Shown here: positions 38,338-47,037 of the stretch, piece after piece | Numbering within the stretch: the first letter of the stretch is position 1 | Layout of the letters: the number at the start of each line of letters is the position of its first letter | Origin: Candidatus Thorarchaeota archaeon | Lineage (GTDB): Archaea; Asgardarchaeota; Thorarchaeia; Thorarchaeales; Thorarchaeaceae | Direction of reading: 5' to 3' | DNA: 64,000 nucleotides | Assembly: GCA_003345545.1 (NCBI GenBank) | Contig: PRDH01000044.1 | Span: 125,793-189,792 of the forward strand | Translations under genes and position numbers: made by a program | Notes under the pieces: model-generated | The model's database searches: none | Seen by the model: only the letters and a program-made list of their open reading frames with translations | What the model was told of the DNA's origin: nothing

Positions 38338-38415
38338 TGGCGGGACCGCCCGGATTTGAACCGGGGACTACCAACTCCGGAGGCTGGCGCCTTATCCAGG
38401 CTAGACTACGGCCCC
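38338..38415 (-). tRNA. tRNA-Arg (anticodon CCG), CCA encoded, no intron
   Basis: Same cloverleaf as 37890-37967 apart from the wobble base and one T-loop base. Confidence 0.96.
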
Positions 38416-38457
38416 AGAAGGGTTAGGATGTGGGGTTTCTTAAAGAATTCGCTCCAA

Positions 38458-39009
38458 TCACGCGAGAATCAGATCTGAGTCCACGAGCCACCAAGCTCCC
38501 CGCTTGTTCTTGACATACCCTTTCCTGTACTCCAGAACTGGCGAACCGACTATTGCAGTTGCTCGATTGTTGAGCCTGTCAATCCTGTCCAAGATCGTGC
38601 GTCGCTTATGAGTGTCACCAAGCAGATGTTCTGCCAGCTCTGGAGTCGTTCCTCCCTCATTTCTGACAAAGAACGCCAGCAGTTTTCTATCAAAATCATC
38701 GGTGCATATCTTTTCCTTTGCCGCGGTGTTGAGCTCGCTCAGAAAGACACTCGTTGTCTGTGAACGTTCTAGATGCTCCACGCGGCTCTTGAGCTGAGTT
38801 AGCTCTTCAGAGAGCTCAAGGACCATGGGAGGTAGCTCCTGATCAAGTCGCCACTCGATAGATTCCTGAATGTACCTCTGACGATTTCCTGTGCCCGCCA
38901 CAGCATCTATCCTGTCCAATAGCGACCTCTCAAGACGCACACGAATGCTTACTGATTCGTTCGCTTTTTTCTTTCTCACTTCGTCTACTCCTATTGCATC
39001 CGGCGTCAT
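38458..39009 (-). CDS. Ribbon-helix-helix + coiled coil + winged-helix DNA-binding protein
   Basis: SIRVRLERSLLDRIDAVAG..NRQRYIQESIEWRL (RHH), a leucine-zipper-like segment, and DRKLLAFF...GGTTPELA..L (wHTH). Confidence 0.7.
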   Translation of the reverse strand: MTPDAIGVDEVRKKKANESVSIRVRLERSLLDRIDAVAGTGNRQRYIQESIEWRLDQELPPMVLELSEELTQLKSRVEHLERSQTTSVFLSELNTAAKEKICTDDFDRKLLAFFVRNEGGTTPELAEHLLGDTHKRRTILDRIDRLNNRATAIVGSPVLEYRKGYVKNKRGAWWLVDSDLILA

Positions 39010-39118
39010 GAGCCAATCGTAGTTCAACATACCAAGAACAAAAGCGTTGCCTTCGCTCTCTTTCGACACAGTTATAAAACAAATCATATAACCCGCTAAA
39101 ACGCGATGGTGACTGTCA

Positions 39119-39490
39119 ATGGTGGACAGGAAGAAGCTCGAGCGTGAACGTGTAAAGATTAGAAAGGATCAAAATCCTAAGCAGGTGGATTTCAGAAAAA
39201 TGGACAAGAAGAGAACCGTGAAGACTGAGTACTGGAAGGAGAAAAAGCGAGCCGCCAAGGCTCCAGCTGCAAAAGTGCCCTCAGAGAAGCCCGAAAAGAA
39301 ACCTAAACCTGAGAAGGGAAAGAAGAAGCCTGAGAAGGAAAAGAAACCTGAGAGAGAGCCAGAACTAGAGGTCATTGAAGAAGAACCTGAGATCGAAGAG
39401 ATCGATGAAGAAGCCGAAGACTTATTCACCCTCGATGAAGACCTGGATGATGAGCTCGGCGACGAGGATGACGCCGAAGATCTCGACTAG
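39119..39490 (+). CDS. Low-complexity protein with a Lys-rich N-terminus and an Asp/Glu-rich tail
   Basis: KPEK repeats followed by an acidic tail; upstream TATA-like boxes. Confidence 0.75.
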   Translation: MVDRKKLERERVKIRKDQNPKQVDFRKMDKKRTVKTEYWKEKKRAAKAPAAKVPSEKPEKKPKPEKGKKKPEKEKKPEREPELEVIEEEPEIEEIDEEAEDLFTLDEDLDDELGDEDDAEDLD

Positions 39491-39582
39491 GCTCAATGCA
39501 CTCTGTCTTGCTGCTTATCCAAAAGCATAAGACGGACAGCAATCACTGGACACTCTGAAACCCTTCCAGGAGAAAAGAAGGC

Positions 39583-40413
39583 ATGACCAGTCTTCTCCAG
39601 ATTGTCAAACGTCTACAAGAGCTCTCCCCTAGGGAGATGACAATTCAGGGTCTAGAGGATAGGGTTGAGATAGGTCCCCAGAGCCCCTCCGAACAGGCCA
39701 ACACTACCATAAACAGAGCCTTGATTGCCACTTATCCCTCTGCAAGGGTCATCACGAAAGCGTCGCAGGACAAGTCGAACCTTCTCATTACTTACAGACC
39801 ATTGTTTCCGTTTGCGATTGACAGACTTACCGGCCTCGATCTTGTAAGAGTACGTCTTCTCACCAAGAATTACATATCATCGTACGTCATTGGAAGCGGC
39901 TGGCTCTGTGCTAGGGACGGCTTGAATGATGCTCTCTCAGAGGCACTTGGCTTGAAGAAGGTCGGCGATTTCCTTTCGGAGAGCGATTATGGCCAGTTTG
40001 TGCCATTTGGCAGAATCTGCAGACTAGAAGACGTCAAGAACCATTCCGGTTTCGTCAACTATGTTGCATCTAGAATGAATCTCAACACGGTCTTGTTCTC
40101 AGGGGACCTGGATGACGAGGTTGGAGAGTGCCTGCTGGTCGCTGGAAGTCATGTTGATATGCCACACGTCATCAATGCAAAGAAACAGGACATTGAAACC
40201 TTGGTCACTGGAGAGCTGAATCCAGAGATTAGACTCCTTGCACACGAAGAGGGAATGAACACTCTTGAACTGGGAGCCTTTGTGACTGAAGATCTTGGAA
40301 TGAAGAGGCTCAGAGACAGCATCAGCATCGAGTATCCTGACCTCAAGATAGATTTCATGGCCTCAACTCCTGTTGCGCAGGCACTTAGGCCGTACAAAGA
40401 GGACATGGCATGA
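39583..40413 (+). CDS. Nif3/YbgI-like protein lacking the His metal ligands
   Basis: The Nif3 scaffold is present (GLNDAL...LGL, GRI, VTGE, TE..GM), but HHP reads YRP and GHYxTE reads GAFVTE. Confidence 0.75.
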   Translation: MTSLLQIVKRLQELSPREMTIQGLEDRVEIGPQSPSEQANTTINRALIATYPSARVITKASQDKSNLLITYRPLFPFAIDRLTGLDLVRVRLLTKNYISSYVIGSGWLCARDGLNDALSEALGLKKVGDFLSESDYGQFVPFGRICRLEDVKNHSGFVNYVASRMNLNTVLFSGDLDDEVGECLLVAGSHVDMPHVINAKKQDIETLVTGELNPEIRLLAHEEGMNTLELGAFVTEDLGMKRLRDSISIEYPDLKIDFMASTPVAQALRPYKEDMA

Positions 40414-40426
40414 TGGAACTCAAGCC

Positions 40427-41317
40427 CTAGTCAGCAGCGGGTCTTCGAATCATTATTACATTCTTATTCCTTGGAACTCCGACTTGCCGAGCCACAGGAT
40501 TGCACTTTGTTCTCATGATATGCACGGTTGGACAGTGCGGATCAAACTCAGTCATCGACTCAAAGTTGCCCATACCTTTGGCGACGATGAGTTCTGAGGA
40601 CGTGAAGAGGTTTCTGAACTCATCCGAGCTACGTTCAATATTGACACCTATGGCGGGAGTTCCCGTATCCACAACCCGGTCCGCATAGTCGTTCAGATGC
40701 ACTTCATCAGCATCAATCATGGTTGCATCGTTTAGGACCGGTCCTCCTTTCACCACGGCAGTGACCTCGGCTCCAAGGCGTTTCATCTCCCTAATCAGAA
40801 TCACATCAAGAACAAGTTCGCCGGCATTGTCCATGATGTAGAGAACAGTCTTTGCACTCTGACATAATCGTCTGAATTCCTCAATCTGGTCAATTGCTAG
40901 GTCGTCCTCCACATGGTCTATTGTGGTTTTGAGTTCATTGAGAGAGAAATCACGTCCGGAAACATCGAATTCAATGGAATTAGCAGCAGCAGCAATGAGA
41001 ACAGAGGTCCTGAACCTAGCTTTTGCATTCGACTTTCCATCGACAAGCTGCAGCAACTCTGGAAGAATCCTGAGAGCCATCGCATTTGACTGATGCTTGA
41101 GGCCTTCGTAGGGATCACACCCGGTCATACGTTGGACAAGCAGGTCCCGTTCAGTGCCTATGTGACTTGGCACAGCATCACTATTGAAGTTCTCTCCAAG
41201 GAACCTCGTCATCGCCTCGATGATCTTCATCTGGAGCTCTGGGTCATCAGTTGCTAGTTTTACCTGATTGCCTGCTCGCTCTAGAAGACAGTGTGCACAC
41301 TCAAGGGAAACTTTCAC
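40427..41317 (-). CDS. DUF89/ARMT1-like damage-control phosphatase
   Basis: ECAHC, DPY, DNAGE, PVLNDAT, AKGMGNFE and KC.PVA. Confidence 0.9.
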   Translation of the reverse strand: MKVSLECAHCLLERAGNQVKLATDDPELQMKIIEAMTRFLGENFNSDAVPSHIGTERDLLVQRMTGCDPYEGLKHQSNAMALRILPELLQLVDGKSNAKARFRTSVLIAAAANSIEFDVSGRDFSLNELKTTIDHVEDDLAIDQIEEFRRLCQSAKTVLYIMDNAGELVLDVILIREMKRLGAEVTAVVKGGPVLNDATMIDADEVHLNDYADRVVDTGTPAIGVNIERSSDEFRNLFTSSELIVAKGMGNFESMTEFDPHCPTVHIMRTKCNPVARQVGVPRNKNVIMIRRPAAD

Positions 41318-41371
41318 ATGAATCGCCTACTGACAGTCCTGCCCAATCGGTGAAAAACGAACCGGATTGTG

Positions 41372-42055
41372 CTATTTCTTCAGCGGCGAAACAAGATCTG
41401 AGAGAACTTCCTCTGGCTTGTCAGAATTGGCAACAGCAGACGCCAAAAGCACACCCTGAGCACCAAGTCTGATGGCTGATGCCACATCATCGCCAGTGCC
41501 AATTCCTGCTCCGCACAGAATCACAACGGTCTTGTTCACTTTCCGTATCTTCTCCACAGTACCCTTGATTATTTCGGGCTGTGCCTGAGAGACCGATATA
41601 CCCGACCCGATCAGTTCCGGGGGCTCAACTGCCACTGACCATGGATTCAGGCATGCCGCAGCGACGCTCACCTGTATGTTGTTCGTACAGACCACTGTAA
41701 GGAGGTCAGTCTTGTGTGATTTCGAGATGGACTCTTCAATATCCGCCAGTTGCATCCTCTTCTCAGAGTGGTTGAGAAGCGTGCCAGCGCATCCTGATTC
41801 GACCAAGGCATCAGCCAAGATATGACCAGTGAATCGACCGGGTTCACCGGGATCCATATGCTGTGAGAAGACGGGAATCTTCACAGCCTTTGCTACACGA
41901 TACAGGTCCGGTATTTGAGGTGCCACGAGTATTGGAACATCGTATTTGTTTGAGACCCTTTCGCAGGTACGAGCTAATAGCACAGCCTTCTCGCCTGTAG
42001 CTTTAGTATATGTCTTGAAATTGATGATGACCACGGGAGTTTCAATCTTATTCAA
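41372..42055 (-). CDS. tpiA: Triosephosphate isomerase, archaeal type
   Basis: INFKTY, NHSE, AVEPPELIGSG, CGAGI and GVLLAS. Confidence 0.96.
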   Translation of the reverse strand: MNKIETPVVIINFKTYTKATGEKAVLLARTCERVSNKYDVPILVAPQIPDLYRVAKAVKIPVFSQHMDPGEPGRFTGHILADALVESGCAGTLLNHSEKRMQLADIEESISKSHKTDLLTVVCTNNIQVSVAAACLNPWSVAVEPPELIGSGISVSQAQPEIIKGTVEKIRKVNKTVVILCGAGIGTGDDVASAIRLGAQGVLLASAVANSDKPEEVLSDLVSPLKK

Positions 42056-42140
42056 TCATATCCCACCTGGATGCCTTCAGCAATCTAGTGCCTGATTAAT
42101 ACTTTGCCAGACACTTCGGGAGGAGAGGGTTGTACGCGAA

Positions 42141-42740
42141 CTACCTTGCTGAGCCAATGAGTAGTTTCATGATTGGCACACGGGCGTAACCTCGTCGATT
42201 CAGGTCTGTTATTGGCTTGCGGACCTCAATCTTGATGAACTTGCCAGGTTCAGGAGTCTTGTAGTAGTGCATGAAGACCTTTGAGAACTCAGAGAAATTC
42301 GCCGCAGAGAGAAGGATTGCCGCAACATCATTGGAAATACGCACATGGGCGTCCTGATCAGTCATCGCGCCAACTTTGATTGACACCTTTCCAAGAGGAG
42401 CCTTGCCAATCCAGAATCGCTCTCCCATTGCCATGAACTCGATATAGAACTCATCTGTCCCCTCAATCCCAGAACCAATGGTTGAATCATTGAACATGTA
42501 CATTAAGCGATCCTGAATTGATGCATGGTACGGAATTGTTGGCTGTCGACTTACTGGCGCTTTTTCTGTGACAGTGACTTCCGGAGCTTCAGTGGTTTCT
42601 TCCGCACTGGGCTCTGGAGCCTCAACTGTTTCTTTTACACTGGACTCTGGAACTTCGACTTGGACTTCCTCTACTGGTTCTTCCTCAGCAGTCTTAGCTT
42701 CTTCTTTAACTGACTTCTTGCGTTTAAAGAATCGTGACAT
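42141..42740 (-). CDS. Hypothetical protein: acidic disordered N-terminus plus a small alpha/beta (SCP2-like?) domain
   Basis: Long ORF with an E/P-rich linker. The fold call is weak. Confidence 0.65.
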   Translation of the reverse strand: MSRFFKRKKSVKEEAKTAEEEPVEEVQVEVPESSVKETVEAPEPSAEETTEAPEVTVTEKAPVSRQPTIPYHASIQDRLMYMFNDSTIGSGIEGTDEFYIEFMAMGERFWIGKAPLGKVSIKVGAMTDQDAHVRISNDVAAILLSAANFSEFSKVFMHYYKTPEPGKFIKIEVRKPITDLNRRGYARVPIMKLLIGSAR

Positions 42741-42872
42741 ATTCAGAATTGCTCCTAATTGCAGGGTGAGCAATATGCTCAGCATCGGGTAAGAGATGAA
42801 CTGCTCTTCTGACTCTAATGCCTAGGCAGAAAATCTACTCAGTCACAGAAAAAGATAGCTCAGTTGTATCCA

Positions 42873-43103
42873 TCACGCGGGAGGGCGTGGCTTCTGTATC
42901 TCCGGAATAAGCGCCAGTTTCTCGAGTTGGGTCACTAAAGGAACACCGCCAGACACCTTTCGTTCTCCCCAGAGTTCATCAACAAGAAGGTCTCTGATAG
43001 CTATCCTAATGACCTCTGAGCGATTCGGGTATTTGTTCTGGCCGATGAGTTTGTCCACGCCATCAACATAAGACTCAGGTAAACAGATAGTGACGACTCG
43101 CAT
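42873..43103 (-). CDS. CopG/RHH transcription regulator
   Basis: VVTICLP...VDGVDKLI....YPNRSEVIRIAIRDLL. Confidence 0.88.
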   Translation of the reverse strand: MRVVTICLPESYVDGVDKLIGQNKYPNRSEVIRIAIRDLLVDELWGERKVSGGVPLVTQLEKLALIPEIQKPRPPA

Positions 43104-43181
43104 TATAATCAGTGTCAATCACAACATAGTCTGTAATGAACCGGTGTCTGACTGTAGTGCGTATCAGGGTATTACTCACCA

Positions 43182-44222
43182 TTATGGCAGGAGAAGGATC
43201 TTCCCGAACTGCTCTCCTCGTTCCAAGAGCTCATGGGCCTCTCTCGCCTTTGAGAGCGGATAGACACGGTCGACGACAGGTCGGACTTTTCCTGTCCATG
43301 CAAGCTTCAGAGCAGTACGTAACTCATCCCTGCTGCCCATAGTGGAGCCTAGTATCTCAAGTTGCTTCCAGAATAGAAGGCTGACATTTGTTTCAGCATT
43401 AGGACCAGAGGTGGCTCCACATGTGACTAGTTTTCCGCCCTTTCTCAGACTCTTCAGGCTTTTGGCCCATGTAGCCTGTCCCACTGAGTCAAGTACCACA
43501 TCAACACCACGATTTTTTGTCACACGATAGATCTCCTTATGATAATCAGGAGTCGTATTGTGATTGATTCCAACATCTGCACCCAGCGCACTTGCCTTCT
43601 CCAGCTTTGCATCCGAAGAACTTGTGACTATGACTCTTGCTCCTGCGGCCTTGGCAATCTGAAGAGCTGCAACTGCGACTCCGCCTCCAATTCCAATAAT
43701 CAGGAGATCATCTCCTGGCCTTAACTGAGCCTTAGTAATGAGCATCCTCCAAGCAGTCATCAACGTAAGGGGAAGCGCAGCAGCCTCAGCAAGGTCAAGT
43801 CCCGCATCCTTTGGGATTGGCACCACATTTTGCGGTTCTAGTGCAATATACTGTGCATAACCGCCTCGATAGTGCTCACCTATGATTCCATAGGATGGAC
43901 AGAGAGATTCTTGACCACGCATACAGAACTCGCAAGTTCCGCATGAGATGCCCGGGTCTATAATGACGTGCTGACCGACTTCGAGCGTAGTCCCCACTTT
44001 GCTACCCAGTTCTACGATCTCGCCACTGATGTCACTTCCAAGGATATGGGGCATTTCCAACTTCAGGCCAGGAATGCCGCTCCGAACGAATAGATCCAGA
44101 TGGTTCAATGCAGCAGCCTTGACTCTAATCAGTACTTGACTCGTACGAATCTTGGGATCCTTGAAATCCTCGTAAGAGAGAACTTCAGGAGAACCATGTT
44201 TGTGAAATACGGTAGCCTTCAT
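43182..44222 (-). CDS. Zn-binding alcohol dehydrogenase/quinone oxidoreductase (MDR family)
   Basis: ALNHLD, PHILGSD.SG, CGTCEFC..G..SLC and GIGGGVA. Confidence 0.9.
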   Translation of the reverse strand: MKATVFHKHGSPEVLSYEDFKDPKIRTSQVLIRVKAAALNHLDLFVRSGIPGLKLEMPHILGSDISGEIVELGSKVGTTLEVGQHVIIDPGISCGTCEFCMRGQESLCPSYGIIGEHYRGGYAQYIALEPQNVVPIPKDAGLDLAEAAALPLTLMTAWRMLITKAQLRPGDDLLIIGIGGGVAVAALQIAKAAGARVIVTSSSDAKLEKASALGADVGINHNTTPDYHKEIYRVTKNRGVDVVLDSVGQATWAKSLKSLRKGGKLVTCGATSGPNAETNVSLLFWKQLEILGSTMGSRDELRTALKLAWTGKVRPVVDRVYPLSKAREAHELLERGEQFGKILLLP

Positions 44223-44364
44223 ATCGACCACTCTTTAGAGGGGAACTGACTGCAAACGTAGACATAAAGACTCTCCTTTCAGGGGCGCACTGCATCTGGG
44301 TGGACAAGTTTAAGACGGTCTGAACTCTGGGCTCCCCGTCAGGTTTTCTGAAACAGGTGATTCA

Positions 44365-44655
44365 ATGTCAAAAGCAAAAGCCGGAAAAGTCCGAGCAAGT
44401 CATATTCTGGTTGAAAAGCATAGCCAGGCCCTAGCTCTCATTGGTAGAATATCATCGGGGGAGGACTTCGCAAAGATCGCAAGAGAGTACAGCACATGCC
44501 CCTCAAAGAAGAAAGGCGGTGACCTGGGTTGGTTCACCAAGGGCCAGATGGTACCCGAGTTCGAGAAGGCGGCATTCGGTCTCAATGTCGGGGCAATGAC
44601 CGTAGAGCCAGTGAAGACAAAATTCGGCTACCATATTATCAAGCGGATGGGGTAG
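44365..44655 (+). CDS. ppiC: Parvulin-type peptidyl-prolyl isomerase
   Basis: VRASHILV, YSTCPSKKKGGDLG.F..GQMVPEFE and FGYHII. Confidence 0.95.
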   Translation: MSKAKAGKVRASHILVEKHSQALALIGRISSGEDFAKIAREYSTCPSKKKGGDLGWFTKGQMVPEFEKAAFGLNVGAMTVEPVKTKFGYHIIKRMG

Positions 44656-44690
44656 CCTGAGGATATCTGACTGGTATAGCATGGCAAATA

Positions 44691-44710
44691 GCGGGGTTGA
44701 CCGGCCCCGC
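44691..44710. terminator. GC-rich hairpin between convergent ppiC and fbp
   Basis: GCGGGG..CCCCGC inverted repeat. Confidence 0.5.
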
Positions 44711-44718
44711 ACATATGT

Positions 44719-45882
44719 CTACTCTACCGAGCTTGATTTCTTCTTCTTCTCCGTCTCTTTGCCCTTTGGCACTATCTCTTCATTCACGAACCTGTTCTCA
44801 CAGCGAGCCATAACCTTTGGAAGTGTCGTGTACTCCATTTCTTCTTCGCTGAGCCTGTGAGGCTGGAATGGTCCCTGTCTGCGCAGATAGTCAGCTACCT
44901 TCATACCGCGTTGGCGGCTGATGTCAAATGCAACATCATCAAAGAGGTCTACAGGCCCGACAAGCATTCCATTTGATACTTGGAAACCGAGTGCGACAAC
45001 CCGTGGTGGCCCATCAAATCGCGTACATCGAGAGTCCTTCAATCCAACAGGCAATAGCGGACCAGTGTGAGAACCCCTCATCCAACCAGCAACCAGGTGT
45101 GGGAGAGTGAAAGCCTCTAGAACCTCGCCCATTGCAGGTAGGCCAGAGTGTGCTCGCACAATGGCAACAGGATCATCTTTCCCAACATACTTACCTGCAA
45201 TAGCATGTAGCTTGTCGGTGCTTACTGATGCTGTCACCATTCCATCTCTACGATAGACCTTCTTGATAGTGTATCTTCCTGTGCTTCCCAGAAGTGCGAG
45301 AAGATCGTACGATTCCTCTGGCGTCTTCATCGAGATGAAACAGGGCACTTGTTTTATGACGTCCTGGATGACGAATATGAATCCATCATGCAGGTTTGGA
45401 TCGATGACAAGCCCCGCAGTGTTGAATGGATCAGCATAGATCTTGTAGAGAGGCAGATTATAGGCACCAGGTTCGGTCTTATCGGCCATGAAGACGACAA
45501 CTGGCTCTGACGGACGTTCTTCGAATGTCATCTCCGCAGAACCCGGACCCATACCCTTCACATTCCCGCTGAAGGTGTCAGCAAGCATGTCCTGACCTGC
45601 TGCATAGATCTTGTTCTTTCGCGCAAGCTCTGTACCCTTGATGAAAGTATCCCAGGCAAGTCTGTGGACTTCCGGATTACCCTCTCCCTTATTGTGAGTC
45701 ATAATCAGCTCGAGATCATCGCCTGCATGGGAAACATGAAAGTCGTTGATGATCTTCTTCTCAACGCCTTCCTTCAATGACTTCCTTGCCAGCTCGAGCA
45801 GGAAGTCAGGAACAATAACATGACCGGCTAATGACCCGATATCTGCTTTGATCACGCTAATGGTGGTCTCAACCATTTGCAT
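44719..45882 (-). CDS. fbp: Bifunctional fructose-1,6-bisphosphate aldolase/phosphatase (FBPase V)
   Basis: KADIG, GDD..L, AGQD, DKTEPGA, YVGKDDP, GWMRGSH and MEYTTLP. Confidence 0.96.
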   Translation of the reverse strand: MQMVETTISVIKADIGSLAGHVIVPDFLLELARKSLKEGVEKKIINDFHVSHAGDDLELIMTHNKGEGNPEVHRLAWDTFIKGTELARKNKIYAAGQDMLADTFSGNVKGMGPGSAEMTFEERPSEPVVVFMADKTEPGAYNLPLYKIYADPFNTAGLVIDPNLHDGFIFVIQDVIKQVPCFISMKTPEESYDLLALLGSTGRYTIKKVYRRDGMVTASVSTDKLHAIAGKYVGKDDPVAIVRAHSGLPAMGEVLEAFTLPHLVAGWMRGSHTGPLLPVGLKDSRCTRFDGPPRVVALGFQVSNGMLVGPVDLFDDVAFDISRQRGMKVADYLRRQGPFQPHRLSEEEMEYTTLPKVMARCENRFVNEEIVPKGKETEKKKKSSSVE

Positions 45883-46015
45883 TCTTCTCCTTCTTTACCC
45901 GACTACGATTCTCTTGTGTGGGAACCAAGAAAAAAGATGCGGTTCCTACGGAACTCTGACTATTCTCTGAGCATATAATAGTTCTCATTCCAGAGTATGG
46001 TCAGAAAGTGGTGTA

Positions 46016-46912
46016 TTAGCCACTTTGGAGGCTCTTAATCATGTCTTTGAGTCTCTTTGTCATTGTCAAAGCATCAGTCCACTCTCTCTGCCAGAGATTC
46101 CGACCAAATATGATGCCCGTTGCGCCTTGCTCAAGGCACACCTTTGCTCTGCGAACCACTTCATCATCATTCATCTTTCCGCCGCCAGAGAACAACACCA
46201 AGGTCTTTCCCGCCGACATCACGACCTTGTGCACCATCTCCTCATAGCTCAACTCGAGTTTGTCATAGGGACTAGGCTGCTGAGACCTGGTCTTGGCATC
46301 ATCCACAGGAACATTCAGCTTGACAATATCTGCACCTACCTCATTGGCAACCCTTGCTGCATAGTCAATAGCATAGAGAGAGTCCTTTCCACCTTTGCTG
46401 TCAACTGCTTTTCCCCGAGGATATGCCCAGATGATGATAGGCATACCATAACGCTCGGCATCTGCCTTCACGTGTCTGAACTGGTTCAAGTCTGCAACTT
46501 GGTTCGGACTTCCAACATACAACGTGTATCCGATTGCGTCAGCTCCAATCCGGACTGCATCTTCAACAGAGCCAGTCATTGCGGAGATCGGGTCGTCTGC
46601 TGCGGGGATGCGTGTCTTACCATTAATCTTCAATACAATGGGTATCTTCCCAGCGTGTTTTGGTGCATACTTCTCGGCTAGACCAAGATGCAGAGCGATA
46701 CCGGAATATCCACCCTTCACTGCCAGTTTGAACTGAAACTCAGGGTCTGCAGATGGCGGATTGGGGAAGAAGTCAACAGGACCATGTTCCAGACCCTGAT
46801 CAATTGGAAGAATCATAAGCCGACCGTTCCCAGGTCCGTGCTCGTATAACATGTGGTGAAGTCTGATTCGTTTTCCCAGACTTAGGTGGTCGAGTTCATC
46901 GATTGTTGTCAT
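46016..46912 (-). CDS. fbaB: Class I fructose-bisphosphate aldolase (DhnA/FbaB family)
   Basis: LPIDQGLEHGP, WAYPRG, GADIVK, SGG and IFGRN. Confidence 0.9.
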   Translation of the reverse strand: MTTIDELDHLSLGKRIRLHHMLYEHGPGNGRLMILPIDQGLEHGPVDFFPNPPSADPEFQFKLAVKGGYSGIALHLGLAEKYAPKHAGKIPIVLKINGKTRIPAADDPISAMTGSVEDAVRIGADAIGYTLYVGSPNQVADLNQFRHVKADAERYGMPIIIWAYPRGKAVDSKGGKDSLYAIDYAARVANEVGADIVKLNVPVDDAKTRSQQPSPYDKLELSYEEMVHKVVMSAGKTLVLFSGGGKMNDDEVVRRAKVCLEQGATGIIFGRNLWQREWTDALTMTKRLKDMIKSLQSG

Positions 46913-47037
46913 GATGTCTTGCCTCGGAGTTACAGACTTCTAGATACTACCTTCTTCCTATATGCTTAGCGAGAGTGCCATTCGCTGGATACAAAAGGGA
47001 GTTCGGACTCAGTCGCAGCACAGCGAGAGATGAACAG

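Noticed and set aside
37890-38415. attL/attR of an integrated element at a tRNA
   Set aside because: Both copies are full-length tRNAs with different anticodons, and there is no integrase.
46025-46681. 218-aa antisense ORF (representative of the many nested ORFs in the track)
   Set aside because: It lies wholly opposite a well-supported gene and has no recognisable motifs.
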